From positions 1 through 55,425 of IMG/VR virus record IMGVR_UViG_3300047089_000323: a DNA stretch of 55,425 bases, one strand, 5' to 3'. Positions 37,168-46,270 of this stretch are shown here, piece by piece. Positions within the stretch are counted from its first letter, which is position 1; the number at the start of each line of letters is the position of its first letter. Source of the DNA: a virus (lineage: Duplodnaviria > Caudoviricetes). Position numbers and translations under genes: made by a program. Below the pieces are notes generated by a model, which ran no database searches, was not told the origin of the DNA, and saw nothing but the letters and a program-made list of their open reading frames with translations.

Positions 37168-37656
37168 TTAAGCTCCCTCGACCCGCGCCAGGATCAGATC
37201 CATGGCTTTGCGGCGATCGCCGTCGGCGAGCTGGTAGCCGTCGCCCCACAGCGTCGCGATGGCTAATCCGAACGGACGCAGGCGGGCGCGCAGGTGATGG
37301 ATGTGGACGCTGCGGAGCGTGCCGCCGCGGCCGATCGCCGGGGTTTGCAGCAGCGCCAGCAGCAGCGCCGTCTCGGTGGTGGTGAGGCGGAACAGCGCGC
37401 GCACCGCGCGGGCGAGGGTGTCGCGGTCGGCGGCGATCAGGCGCGATAATTGCAGCGCCCGCTGATCACGCGGGAAGCCGGGCGGCCAATCGTTGTGCGG
37501 GAGCTCGAGCAGCCGGCCGTCGTCGAGCGCCTGGGCGAGTTGGTCGCGCAGCGTGTCGGAGGGCACTTGGATGGCGCGGGCGATGGCGCGCAACGGCACG
37601 CCCTCGTCGGCGAGACGGACCGCGATGGCGTCATCAGCGGCGGCGGCGGGTGCCAT
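37168..37656 (-). CDS. transcription regulator: HTH plus OmpR/CtrA-type winged helix
   Basis: VPLRAIARAI; VHIHHLRARLRPFGLAIATLWGDGYQL. Confidence 0.75.
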   Translation of the reverse strand: MAPAAAADDAIAVRLADEGVPLRAIARAIQVPSDTLRDQLAQALDDGRLLELPHNDWPPGFPRDQRALQLSRLIAADRDTLARAVRALFRLTTTETALLLALLQTPAIGRGGTLRSVHIHHLRARLRPFGLAIATLWGDGYQLADGDRRKAMDLILARVEGA

Positions 37657-37691
37657 GAGTCAAGTGAAATATGCGATTGCAGCGGGTGCGG

Positions 37692-37952
37692 TCAAGCGGT
37701 GGAGGCGCTGCCACGAGCGGTCGCCGCTGCTTGCTGGCCATTCGCGGCCGGCCGCGGGCGCGTTTCGCTGCGCCAGAGGTCTTCGAGGTAGCGCCGGCGC
37801 GCCGCTACCGGGTCGATTCCGGCCTGGCGGGCGTAGGTGTGCATGGATTGTTGTTTGACGCCGGCGAGGCGGCCCATTTCCGAGACGGTGACGCGGCCTT
37901 GCGCGATGAGTTTCAGGGCCCGCTGTTTTTTGCTATCGGTGATGATTGCCAC
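37692..37952 (-). CDS. small HTH protein
   Basis: GTG start; TVSEMGRLAGVKQQSMHTY. Confidence 0.55.
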   Translation of the reverse strand: MAIITDSKKQRALKLIAQGRVTVSEMGRLAGVKQQSMHTYARQAGIDPVAARRRYLEDLWRSETRPRPAANGQQAAATARGSASTA

Positions 37953-38071
37953 TGGTCCGCCTTCCCGCGTTCGTGGTGAGTTATTACCTTTCGCACCGCG
38001 GACCGGATTGCCCGGCGGTGGCTGGCTGCAGCCAGGTCCTTGGCGTTGTCGCGCCAAGGACCGACTGGCTT

Positions 38072-38395
38072 TCAGCCGCTGCCCGGTCCCTGGTGTTCCT
38101 TGCCTTCGAGCAGCGCCAGCCGGGCCTTGATATCGATCTGATCGTTGGCGAGACGATCGAGCTCGTCATGCAATGCCTCGACTTCGCCGCCTGTAATGCT
38201 GACCCGCGCCATGTCGTTGACCGCGGTTTTGAGCATGCGGGTTTCGCGGCGCAGTTCGCGCACATCGTCGCGTAATTCGTGCAGCGTCGTTGCCATCAAC
38301 GGTATGCCGCTGACTTTGATCTTGATGCTGTCGAGCTCAGCTCGGATGGGCGCGAGTTCCTCGCGCACGATGGCGCGGAAGTCATTATCGCTCAT
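38072..38395 (-). CDS. coiled-coil hypothetical protein
   Basis: 107 aa with heptads; ATGA coupling. Confidence 0.7.
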   Translation of the reverse strand: MSDNDFRAIVREELAPIRAELDSIKIKVSGIPLMATTLHELRDDVRELRRETRMLKTAVNDMARVSITGGEVEALHDELDRLANDQIDIKARLALLEGKEHQGPGSG

Positions 38396-38703
38396 ACCTT
38401 TCCCCGCAGTGCCGACACACCGGCGGCGATCTGCGTTGCGAGGTTGCCGATTGCATCCAGGCTTTCGTCGATGCGCCGGAACTTGAGATCCTGCTGATCC
38501 AGCCGGCTGTCGAGCAATTGCAGGTGAGCATCCACGCTGCCGAGCCGGTTATCCATGGCCGCGAGCTGGGCGTCCAGCGTCCTTAGCTGACCGCTCATGC
38601 CCTTGAGTTGCAGCGGGATGTTCTGCTCGAACGCATTGACGCGATCGAGCACGCGCTGGAGCGTGCGCCCCAGCCATTCGAGGGTAATGACTTCGGTGTC
38701 CAT
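38392..38703 (-). CDS. coiled-coil hypothetical protein
   Basis: 103 aa; preceded by the ACGAAAGGTAA start motif. Confidence 0.7.
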   Translation of the reverse strand: MDTEVITLEWLGRTLQRVLDRVNAFEQNIPLQLKGMSGQLRTLDAQLAAMDNRLGSVDAHLQLLDSRLDQQDLKFRRIDESLDAIGNLATQIAAGVSALRGKV

Positions 38704-38730
38704 TGGCTTACCTTTCGTCTGTCTTGTAAT

Positions 38731-39444
38731 TTAACAAGTGGATGTGGTGCCGTCCAGCCGTGCGCCGTCCAATCTTGCCCGGGCGTTGATGACGGCGCGG
38801 GCGGTCCAGCGGCCGCCGCGGGCGGACGGGAGCTGGCGCGCATTGAGGGCGGCGGCGGTGGCGTTGGCGCTGTGGCCGTGAAACTCGGACAGAATGCGGG
38901 CGAACTGGGCGGCGCGGGCGTCGGCATAGCGGCGGAGCGCGGCGGTGGCCTGCCGGCGGGCGGCATCGTCGAAGGGCTTCGGCGGGCCGTTGGGGCTGCC
39001 GAGCCTGACGCCTCTCGCCTTGGCGGCCGCGAGTGCGGCCTTGGTGCGCTCGGAGATCTTGGCGCGTTCGGCTTCCGCCACCGCGGCGTAGATATGCAGC
39101 ATGAACGGGTCGGCGCGCGGGTGCTCGGTGACGATGAAGGGAATGCCCTTCGCCATGAGCCCGGAAATGAAGTGGACGTCGCGGCTCAGGCGATCGAGCT
39201 TGGCGACCACGACCGGGCAGCGATAGGCGGCGGCGCGTTCCATCGCGGCTTGCAGCTGCGGCCGCCGCTCCAGCGCATCGGCGCCCTTCCCGGTCTCGAT
39301 CTCGATATAGGCCTCGACGGTCTCGTAGCCTTCGGCCACGCAAAAGCGCGCGATCGCGGATTGCTGGCCTTCGAGGCCGAGTCCGGAGGCGCCTTGCTTT
39401 TGCGTCGAGACGCGGCAATAGGCGATGATCGGACGGCGGGACAT
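38731..39444 (-). CDS. serine recombinase (resolvase domain plus short recombinase-type C-terminus)
   Basis: [36 protein letters not shown]. Confidence 0.9.
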   Translation of the reverse strand: MSRRPIIAYCRVSTQKQGASGLGLEGQQSAIARFCVAEGYETVEAYIEIETGKGADALERRPQLQAAMERAAAYRCPVVVAKLDRLSRDVHFISGLMAKGIPFIVTEHPRADPFMLHIYAAVAEAERAKISERTKAALAAAKARGVRLGSPNGPPKPFDDAARRQATAALRRYADARAAQFARILSEFHGHSANATAAALNARQLPSARGGRWTARAVINARARLDGARLDGTTSTC

Positions 39445-39518
39445 GGCGGGGCTTTCCGGGAATTGATTGCAGGAGCCGGCCCGGGACTTTGATTGCCCCG
39501 GGCCATCGACGGGCGGCA

Positions 39519-39776
39519 TCAGTACCCGAACAGAAATGAAACCAGCCAGTAGAGCCAGACCAGCGGCCAGATCGCAGACAGCATGACGTTGAGCGTGACG
39601 GTGACCAGCACATTGAGCCAGACCGGGCCGCCGCTGTGCCAGACCGTGATTGTCAGCAGCGCCCAGGTTATGAGCGGCGCATGCTGCAAACCCATCAGTG
39701 GCGGCATTAGAATGTTGCGGATGATGGGCGAGAGCGTTCGCGACGGCGGCGAGGAGGCGTCATTGGAAATCGACAT
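39519..39776 (-). CDS. small membrane protein
   Basis: Hydrophobic 85 aa; GAAAGGTA SD. Confidence 0.55.
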   Translation of the reverse strand: MSISNDASSPPSRTLSPIIRNILMPPLMGLQHAPLITWALLTITVWHSGGPVWLNVLVTVTLNVMLSAIWPLVWLYWLVSFLFGY

Positions 39777-39911
39777 GGGTCGTACCTTTCAGGTTTTCCG
39801 GATCGTCGTCGGCGGGATCGCCGATCATGCGCCGCGGGCTCTGTGAGCGGGTGCGGCGCATGGGCTGCGATCGTGGATGCTGTCGACAGTGGGCGTCTTG
39901 TCGGATCGCGC

Positions 39912-40151
39912 CTAGGAATTGTCCGGGCGCGCCAATGACGCCCCATAATTCTGGCCTTCCACGCCGTACAGCTCGCGGGTCTCGGTTTTGATTTGCTCTT
40001 CGGTCAAACCGCGACCGCGATTGCGCTGCTCGGTCCAGTCGACGCAGGACATGCACACGCCGTATCCGGTGTCGCGGTTCCACCATTGCAACCAGCGGCC
40101 GGCGCTTGCGCCGCATACGCAGCATTCCATTTGTCGTGTTCTGTTCGTCAT
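39912..40151 (-). CDS. small Cys-containing early protein
   Basis: CCVCG...QWWNRDTGYGVCMSC; ACGAAAGGTGAC SD. Confidence 0.7.
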   Translation of the reverse strand: MTNRTRQMECCVCGASAGRWLQWWNRDTGYGVCMSCVDWTEQRNRGRGLTEEQIKTETRELYGVEGQNYGASLARPDNS

Positions 40152-40220
40152 TCGTCACCTTTCGTTCCGGGGGAAACCCGAGCCCGTTGTCGCGGGCCGC
40201 GGGTTTCGTTCAGTTCAACT

Positions 40221-40259
40221 GATATAGTGAAGTGATTGTTGGTTGTACAGTTACATTTT
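40221..40259 (-). promoter_or_regulatory. early promoter TGTACA-N17-TATATC with TGTAA-N2-(G)TACA operator
   Basis: Shares AAAATGTAACTnTACAA and ACTTCA with the promoter at 42266-42304. Confidence 0.6.
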
Positions 40260-40283
40260 TTAGACGGGTGCTTTCGTCCTGCT

Positions 40284-41189
40284 TCAAGCCGCGATCGCCT
40301 GCGCGGCCGGCGCCGCGGCTAGTTCCGGCTCGGCCAGTGCCAGGCCGCGCAGATAATCCGCCGCGGCTTGCGCTTTGCTGCACGCGGTGAAGAACGCCCG
40401 CTTGTCGGATTTCAGCAATCCGATCCAGGTCGCGATGTAACCGGCATTGCGCACATCACCGTCAAAGCCGAACTCGGCGGACAGGAACGCGGCCCCGAGC
40501 TCGGCGATCAGTTCTTCCGCGGCATAAGCCCGCTTGCCGAAGCGGCCGCTTAGATCGCGGTCGAGCCGCGGCTTGTGCCCAGTCCAATGCGTCAGTTCGT
40601 GAAACGCCACGTTGTAGAAATGATCGGCGCCCTTGAACGCGGCAAAGGCCGGCATCGAGATGAAGTCGCCCCCCGGCGCGAAGTAAGCTTCGCCATTGCC
40701 TTCGCGGAAATCGGCTCCCGTCGTGGCGATGAACTCATCGGCGAGGCTGTCGCGCGTATCGGGATTGCGCACCCGCATCGGCTTGCCGACCTGGACGCCA
40801 TCGGGAAGCCCGTCGCATTGCGCCACGTTGAACACGGTGTATTCGCGCAGCATGGGAATGATCTTGCCGTCTTCGTCCGCCGGCGCGTTCTTGTCCTTAA
40901 TGTGCAGCTGCTTCACGAAGTAAACCTTGGTCCCATGCTCGCCCTTGCGCACGTTGCCGCCGGCATCGAGCGCCTGCTTGAAGGTGACAAAGCGTGGAGT
41001 TGGCCAGCCGCGTTCGCGCGCCAGCCACAGCAGAATCACGTTGCAGCCGGAATAGGGACGATTGGTCACCGCGTTGCACGGCGTGTTCTGGCCGGCAGTC
41101 GCGGACCATGGCTTGACCCAGGGCAGCGCGCCGCGCTCGAGCTCCTGCAGAATGCGGGCGGAAACTTCAGTGTAAATGTCGCGCTTCAT
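40284..41189 (-). CDS. ardC: ArdC-like antirestriction / ssDNA-binding protein with zincin-like domain
   Basis: PWVKPW, YSGCNVILLW, VRKGEHG, FNVAQC, FHELTHWTGH, YAAEELIAELGAAF. Confidence 0.92.
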   Translation of the reverse strand: MKRDIYTEVSARILQELERGALPWVKPWSATAGQNTPCNAVTNRPYSGCNVILLWLARERGWPTPRFVTFKQALDAGGNVRKGEHGTKVYFVKQLHIKDKNAPADEDGKIIPMLREYTVFNVAQCDGLPDGVQVGKPMRVRNPDTRDSLADEFIATTGADFREGNGEAYFAPGGDFISMPAFAAFKGADHFYNVAFHELTHWTGHKPRLDRDLSGRFGKRAYAAEELIAELGAAFLSAEFGFDGDVRNAGYIATWIGLLKSDKRAFFTACSKAQAAADYLRGLALAEPELAAAPAAQAIAA

Positions 41190-41311
41190 TCTCGTTACCT
41201 TTCGTTGTTCGTGTCCCAAAGGCCGTTGTCGCAGCCGCGGGATCGTCTGGACTCATCAGGCACCGCGTCACGGTGCGACCACGCCACGAAGGCGCGGTTT
41301 CGTCCTGTCTG

Positions 41312-41680
41312 TCAGGCCGGCCGCCAGCCCTTTGCCTTCGTGTACTTTTCCCACCGGCCATTGCGCCATTGGGTTTCAACGCGGCATTTCGGAGGGGCGA
41401 TAGACGTTTGTTCCAAGATGATCGCCTTGGTCGCGCCGCCTTGCGGCAGATCGCCGGCCAACGAATTGCCCTGCCCTAGGTAACAGGACACGCGGCCATC
41501 CGTGCACGTCGCAGGCATGCCGATCGCCTCATCGATACGGCAATAGGAGTAGCCACTAGTGCGAACGCGTTCCATTTCCCACACATGCCGAATGCGAATC
41601 GGTTCGGCATAGTGAGTCGAGATCGATTCAAACCCGTATTTACCGGGAGATAGAAGAATGATCGTGCCGTGCAGTGCCAT
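41312..41680 (-). CDS. hypothetical early protein
   Basis: 122 aa; start motif ACGAAAGGTAA. Confidence 0.55.
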   Translation of the reverse strand: MALHGTIILLSPGKYGFESISTHYAEPIRIRHVWEMERVRTSGYSYCRIDEAIGMPATCTDGRVSCYLGQGNSLAGDLPQGGATKAIILEQTSIAPPKCRVETQWRNGRWEKYTKAKGWRPA

Positions 41681-41749
41681 GGTCGTTTACCTTTCGTTTC
41701 AGGGGAGAGGCGCAAACGTTGTCGCGTTCACGCCGTCGACGATTGAGAA

Positions 41750-41947
41750 TTACTCCGCGTCGTACGTTGGGCCGGGCGCGTACTCGTGTGGTCCAATTCC
41801 GTGGCCTTCGAGATCAAACCAACCATGATGGAACCCATAGTCCAAATCATTCGGTTCAATTCCGCCCTGCGTCCAAAATAGCCACCATGCACGGCATCGC
41901 TCATTGTGTCTGGCAACGGCGATCTCGATTGCCTGTTGACGATCCAT
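41750..41947 (-). CDS. hypothetical early protein
   Basis: 65 aa; start motif AACGAAAGGTAAC. Confidence 0.6.
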   Translation of the reverse strand: MDRQQAIEIAVARHNERCRAWWLFWTQGGIEPNDLDYGFHHGWFDLEGHGIGPHEYAPGPTYDAE

Positions 41948-42005
41948 TGTCAGTTACCTTTCGTTTGGTTGACGCAACCAGTTGTCGCTGGTCGCTTTTT
42001 GGAAA

Positions 42006-42203
42006 CTAGTCCGCGTCAATAAACCCGACGCGAAACAACGGAGCCGCCCCGCCGCCGATCAGCAGCGACTGATTGCACGCAAGCCGAAAGCAAGTCGCAA
42101 TGTCGCTGATCTCCAGCAACGCCTCACGATTGGCGGCGATAAAGGATTTCCATTCGTCCATGTCGGCAATCGGGAGGAAGGTTTCGTTGTCGCTGGCGCT
42201 CAT
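42006..42203 (-). CDS. hypothetical early protein
   Basis: Start MSASDNE after AACGAAAGGTAAC; C-terminal IGGGAAPLF. Confidence 0.65.
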   Translation of the reverse strand: MSASDNETFLPIADMDEWKSFIAANREALLEISDIATCFRLACNQSLLIGGGAAPLFRVGFIDAD

Positions 42204-42265
42204 TGGATTAGTTACCTTTCGTTGGTGTTCGCGTTGGTGTTTGTCACTTCGTTTCAACAATCACC

Positions 42266-42304
42266 AATCTAATGAAGTAAACGAGAATTGTAAAGTTACA
42301 TTTT
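42266..42304 (-). promoter_or_regulatory. early promoter TTTACA-N17-TAGATT with palindrome TGTAA-CT-TTACA
   Basis: -35 at 42289-42294, -10 at 42266-42271. Confidence 0.65.
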
Positions 42305-42401
42305 ATGGACAGCCGATATCATTTTTTGGACAGCGTGATTTAGTTCGCTCGAAGTGAACGAAGGAATGAATTAGCAGCTGATAAATGAAGAAAGGGAAAG
42401 A

Positions 42402-42749
42402 TCAGTCGCGAACTACACGCGGCCTGCCAGGCTCACTGCGCACAAAATCAGGGCCAGGTCTCACCCAACCTCGCGAAAGCGTATTCTGCCAACCGCCAGG
42501 AATAAGCTTGCGAGATAAGATCGGCTGAAAACCAAGTAAACGCATAACGCCAGCAATCTTGCGAGCATTGCCAGTCGTCGCACTTATCCCAAGTAAAACC
42601 GCAATCGTGTTCGTGCTGATGGTCACACCATCAGGCGGTAAACCAGCTCGCTCTAACACTCGTATCCATGGATGCTCATCACGAGCCGCAGCATCAGCAC
42701 GACTGCGATCAAGTCGAGATAGTAAATTCGTGGAGGAAGATGGGGGCAT
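42402..42749 (-). CDS. hypothetical winged-helix-like protein (resembles VapE/primase C-terminal domain)
   Basis: ARKIAGVMRLLGF...RGWVRP. Confidence 0.45.
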   Translation of the reverse strand: MPPSSSTNLLSRLDRSRADAAARDEHPWIRVLERAGLPPDGVTISTNTIAVLLGISATTGNARKIAGVMRLLGFQPILSRKLIPGGWQNTLSRGWVRPGPDFVRSEPGRPRVVRD

Positions 42750-43168
42750 CTCGTTTTCCCATTACAGGCTAGGAACACAAGAGACCTATGTTGCCACAAA
42801 AAAAGCGAGCAAGCATCTCGCCTTACGGAACATTGAGGTTTCAAACAATTGATAACACTAAGGAAGTACGTAACAGATGAACTAAGTTATTGATTTAACT
42901 ACAACTTGCAATCTCTCTCTACGTTCGGATAGAGATTCAACAGGTTTCCACAGGGCCCCCCATCCCCCCACATAGGGTCAGTCAAGCCTCTCCGCTAGGG
43001 GTAGGGCGCCCGACCCCGGGGGGAGGCTGGACAGGCCGTACCCCCTATCATTCTATTATAAGTCCCCCCCGCATATCCATGACCGAAAAACCACTTAGGA
43101 CTTTGTACCTATTCCCTTTAAGTATCGTTGGTGGCGGCAGGGGCCATCTGGCCATGGTGGGATACCCC

Positions 43169-43513
43169 TTATAGGCCCACGGCCTGAAAAGCGCCCCTGT
43201 ATGGCTCCCTGCTAGCGCGCATGGCCTTGCAGGCGTCCTCGGGGAACCACTCGGATAGCGCCAGCAGCGCCGGATGATCGGGATGGCCGGAATAGTGCAG
43301 CACCGCGTCACGCGTACGACAAAAGTACTGACCGTTCCACCGGATGGCACTGACTCGCCTCTGCACGATCCACTGAATGCCGGCGACGCACTCGATCACA
43401 CGGAAACCGTCACCGAAATCGACGACGAGGTAGGGATAATCATTCGCGCTCTCACTAAGCCGCTGCGCGCGAGACTTTGGTAACGATTTATCGGCATTGT
43501 CGTTGATGGGCAT
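43169..43513 (-). CDS. hypothetical phage protein
   Basis: 114 aa; GAGGAGG SD; RVIEC...IQWIVQ...FCRTR. Confidence 0.65.
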   Translation of the reverse strand: MPINDNADKSLPKSRAQRLSESANDYPYLVVDFGDGFRVIECVAGIQWIVQRRVSAIRWNGQYFCRTRDAVLHYSGHPDHPALLALSEWFPEDACKAMRASREPYRGAFQAVGL

Positions 43514-43562
43514 AGCGACCTCCTCACAGGTTGCGGTGTCAAGTGGCGGGCTGGTGACGCAA

Positions 43563-43835
43563 TCACCGGCCCGCTGCGCATTCTAGCGGGGCTGGTGGGG
43601 GTTTGCGAGGTGGTTGGGCGCTGCGGCAGTGATTGTTTGCGGGCGATTCGTGCTGGTGGCGGGAGCTCGCGTTGTGCGGCGCCGGCTGCACGCAGGGGCA
43701 CTCGCATAGCCATGTCATGAGGATGGCCCATTGGCCGTGCGGGGTTCCTTCGAGCGTATCGGCGATGGTCCATCCGAGCCGGGCGTAATCGAGCGCGCGG
43801 GCGTGCGGGACGTAGCGGAACAGGCGGTTCGTCAC
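43563..43835 (-). CDS. hypothetical phage protein
   Basis: FRYVPH...RLGW...HGQWAILMTWLCEC. Confidence 0.6.
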   Translation of the reverse strand: MTNRLFRYVPHARALDYARLGWTIADTLEGTPHGQWAILMTWLCECPCVQPAPHNASSRHQHESPANNHCRSAQPPRKPPPAPLECAAGR

Positions 43836-43842
43836 TGCGCAC

Positions 43843-44211
43843 CTAGAAGGGGATCTCGTCGTTCATGTCGCTGCCGATGCTCTGCTTCGGCTTTGGTTTC
43901 GGCCGCTCGGCCATCGACAGCGCCGGCGAGATCGGGCGCACCAGGACGCTGTCGCGCTGCTCGCCCTGGTACTGGGTCTTGCCGGCGTACATCTCGACTT
44001 CCTTGCCGATCCAGTGATCGGTCTCGGTGCTCCAGGCGTCGGCGAGCTTGCGCAGGTTGGTCTGGTTGAGGCCGAGCTTGCTGCCGTCCTGGAATTCGAT
44101 TTCGAGACCGAAGCGGCCTTGTGCGACGCTGGCGATGACGTCGCGGCGCGGACCGTCGGTGAGATGCTGGACCTTGATGAAGCCGGAGATGATCTGGTCG
44201 GAGATGTCCAT
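43843..44211 (-). CDS. putative single-stranded DNA-binding protein
   Basis: Start MDISDQ with GAAAGGA SD; LNQTN...WIGKEV; acidic C-terminus MNDEIPF. Confidence 0.7.
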   Translation of the reverse strand: MDISDQIISGFIKVQHLTDGPRRDVIASVAQGRFGLEIEFQDGSKLGLNQTNLRKLADAWSTETDHWIGKEVEMYAGKTQYQGEQRDSVLVRPISPALSMAERPKPKPKQSIGSDMNDEIPF

Positions 44212-44321
44212 TTTACGTCCTTTCGCTGTGGGTTTGGTTTGGCGTGGTTTGGGTTGTGGGCTGCCGGAGCGGCGGTCCGAGGGACGGCCCGGTTGCAACC
44301 TGCGTGGGGTGGCCGGAAAAG

Positions 44322-44490
44322 TCCGCGAATGCGAAAGCCTGAGCTGACGCTTAAGAGGCACTCGTGCCCCCGCGTAAGCGGCAGGGGCATTCGCGGCCCT
44401 TCCGCGAATTCCTCTTAAGCGAAGCTCAGGCTGATTATTCGCGGAAAAAATGGTCCGCGAATTCCGCGAGTGGTAAAATGCATTCGCGGA
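44322..44490. repeat. iteron-like TCCGCGAAT/ATTCGCGGA cluster with a long inverted repeat; putative replication origin
   Basis: Copies at 44322, 44389, 44401, 44437, 44454, 44463, 44482; IR about 44336-44358/44411-44432; directly downstream of the helicase. Confidence 0.65.
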
Positions 44491-44534
44491 AGAAGTTCCA
44501 TCGCACAATCGGAAGTTGATGTTGCATTTATGCA

Positions 44535-46058
44535 TCATAGGAAACTCGCTTCCGTCACCACCCCCGGACGCCTCGCATCATGCACTTTGAGGCACTCCCG
44601 ATTGTTGCCCTTGCTGCTCCTGGTCGGGGCCAGATAGACCTCGAGCAGCCCGCTCTCGAGCCATTGCCCGATGATCGTTTTGGCTTCCGCCTCGCTGCAT
44701 TCCATGAGCCGTTGCAGCAGCAGACCGACCCACCGCTTGCTGCCGCCCTTGCGCGATGGCGTGTACGGCTCACCGGTCGGCTCGCCATCGTCGTCGCGCA
44801 GGCCGGCCGCGATCTCGTCGAGCACCGCGTTGATTTTCTCGGCGTCCAGGCCGGCGAGAATGCCGGGCCGCTGCCACGGCACCAGCACGCCGACGTCGTC
44901 CTCCGGCAGGCCATCACCCGCGTTGCCGAGCCCGATCGTCTGCTTGAAGAACCAGCGCGCCGACGAAGTGATCAGCGAGAGATTGGCCTTGGCGTCGTCG
45001 AAGCGGATGAAGCGCCCGCGTTCGGCCGCCTTCGGAAACGCCTTCTTGATATCCGCCTGGCAGCGCTCGAACTCGGGCTCGGTCATTGGAAACAAGGTCG
45101 CCACGATGCGGGCGACACCGGCCAGCGAGCCGCCGCCGCGCGCCGCATCCATGTCGCCGGCCATGTTGCTGGCGTACTTCTTGGCGTGGTGCACAAGCAC
45201 AACGGCGACATTGGTCGAGCGTGCGATATCGCGCCACAGCACGCCCGCCCACTTCAATTCGGAATTGGAATTCTCGTCGCCGGCAAAGGTCTCGGCAAAC
45301 GGATCGACGATCACGATGTCGATCGCAAGGTCGATAATGGTCTGCACGATCTGGTCGCGCATCGGCGTCGCCGTGACGGTCTTGGTGCGGCTGTCGGCGC
45401 GCGCCACGACGATCGAACCCGCGTTGGCCAGAAAGATCCCGGACAGGTCGGCCTGCGCGATATTCATGATCTTGTGCGCCCCGAACAGCCGCCGCTCCAT
45501 CTCGGTCTGGTCTTCCTCGACATTGATCACCAGCGAGCGGTAGCGCCCGCGCGGCCGCCAGCCGCCCCATTCGGCCAGGCCGCCGGCGCAGACCATGGCC
45601 AGCTGCAGCGTGAGCAGGCTCTTGCCCGAACCCGGCGGCGCCACCAGCAGCGTTACCTGGCCGCGCAGCAGCAGCCCGGGAACCAGCCAGGCCCGCCGCG
45701 GCAGCTTCGATCCATCGATCGGGAACGGGCAAATGGCCGACAGCGCGGCGCCATGGCCGTTCGCCTTGCGATCGGCTCCGCGCGCCCCACCCGCTGCATC
45801 GAGATCCTTGAAGGCCTCGGCTATGTCGGCCTGGATGGCGTCGGCGCCGAACGCCGCGACCAACCCATGCGCCTGCGCTATTTCCCACAGTCCATCGGCC
45901 GCCAGCGCCTTCGCCAGCCCCCTGGCGACATAGCCGGCGACATCGACCGCGGCATTGCCGAAAATCTCCCGCCGCGCCTCCGGATCGATGCCCACGGTGC
46001 CGGCCAGCACCTTCTGCCACGACGCAAAGCCCTCCGCGTAGATGCCCAGACCCATCAT
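44535..46058 (-). CDS. RepA-like AAA (AAA_25) replicative helicase
   Basis: Walker A APPGSGKS, NVEED, Walker B IVIVDP, VLVHH, ARGGGSL, KANL. Confidence 0.88.
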   Translation of the reverse strand: MMGLGIYAEGFASWQKVLAGTVGIDPEARREIFGNAAVDVAGYVARGLAKALAADGLWEIAQAHGLVAAFGADAIQADIAEAFKDLDAAGGARGADRKANGHGAALSAICPFPIDGSKLPRRAWLVPGLLLRGQVTLLVAPPGSGKSLLTLQLAMVCAGGLAEWGGWRPRGRYRSLVINVEEDQTEMERRLFGAHKIMNIAQADLSGIFLANAGSIVVARADSRTKTVTATPMRDQIVQTIIDLAIDIVIVDPFAETFAGDENSNSELKWAGVLWRDIARSTNVAVVLVHHAKKYASNMAGDMDAARGGGSLAGVARIVATLFPMTEPEFERCQADIKKAFPKAAERGRFIRFDDAKANLSLITSSARWFFKQTIGLGNAGDGLPEDDVGVLVPWQRPGILAGLDAEKINAVLDEIAAGLRDDDGEPTGEPYTPSRKGGSKRWVGLLLQRLMECSEAEAKTIIGQWLESGLLEVYLAPTRSSKGNNRECLKVHDARRPGVVTEASFL

Positions 46059-46258
46059 GGCCCGGCGACCTCGGTGAACGCCGACCTGATGATTGCCGCC
46101 ACCGCGCCGGTCCCCGGCTTGTCCAGCAGCCCGCTCGCGGCCGCGAATGCATGCAGCGGCTCCAGCGCATCGAATAGATCGAATTCGCCGGCGGCGCAGA
46201 GCATGGCGCGCGCTTCGGCGCGGGCCTGTAAAATCAGGAGGGGCGAGAGCTTCGCCAT
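46055..46258 (-). CDS. hypothetical protein
   Basis: ARAEARA.L...GEFDL.DA..PL...A...GL; coupled to the helicase. Confidence 0.65.
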   Translation of the reverse strand: MAKLSPLLILQARAEARAMLCAAGEFDLFDALEPLHAFAAASGLLDKPGTGAVAAIIRSAFTEVAGP

Positions 46259-46270
46259 GCGGCCGCGCTT

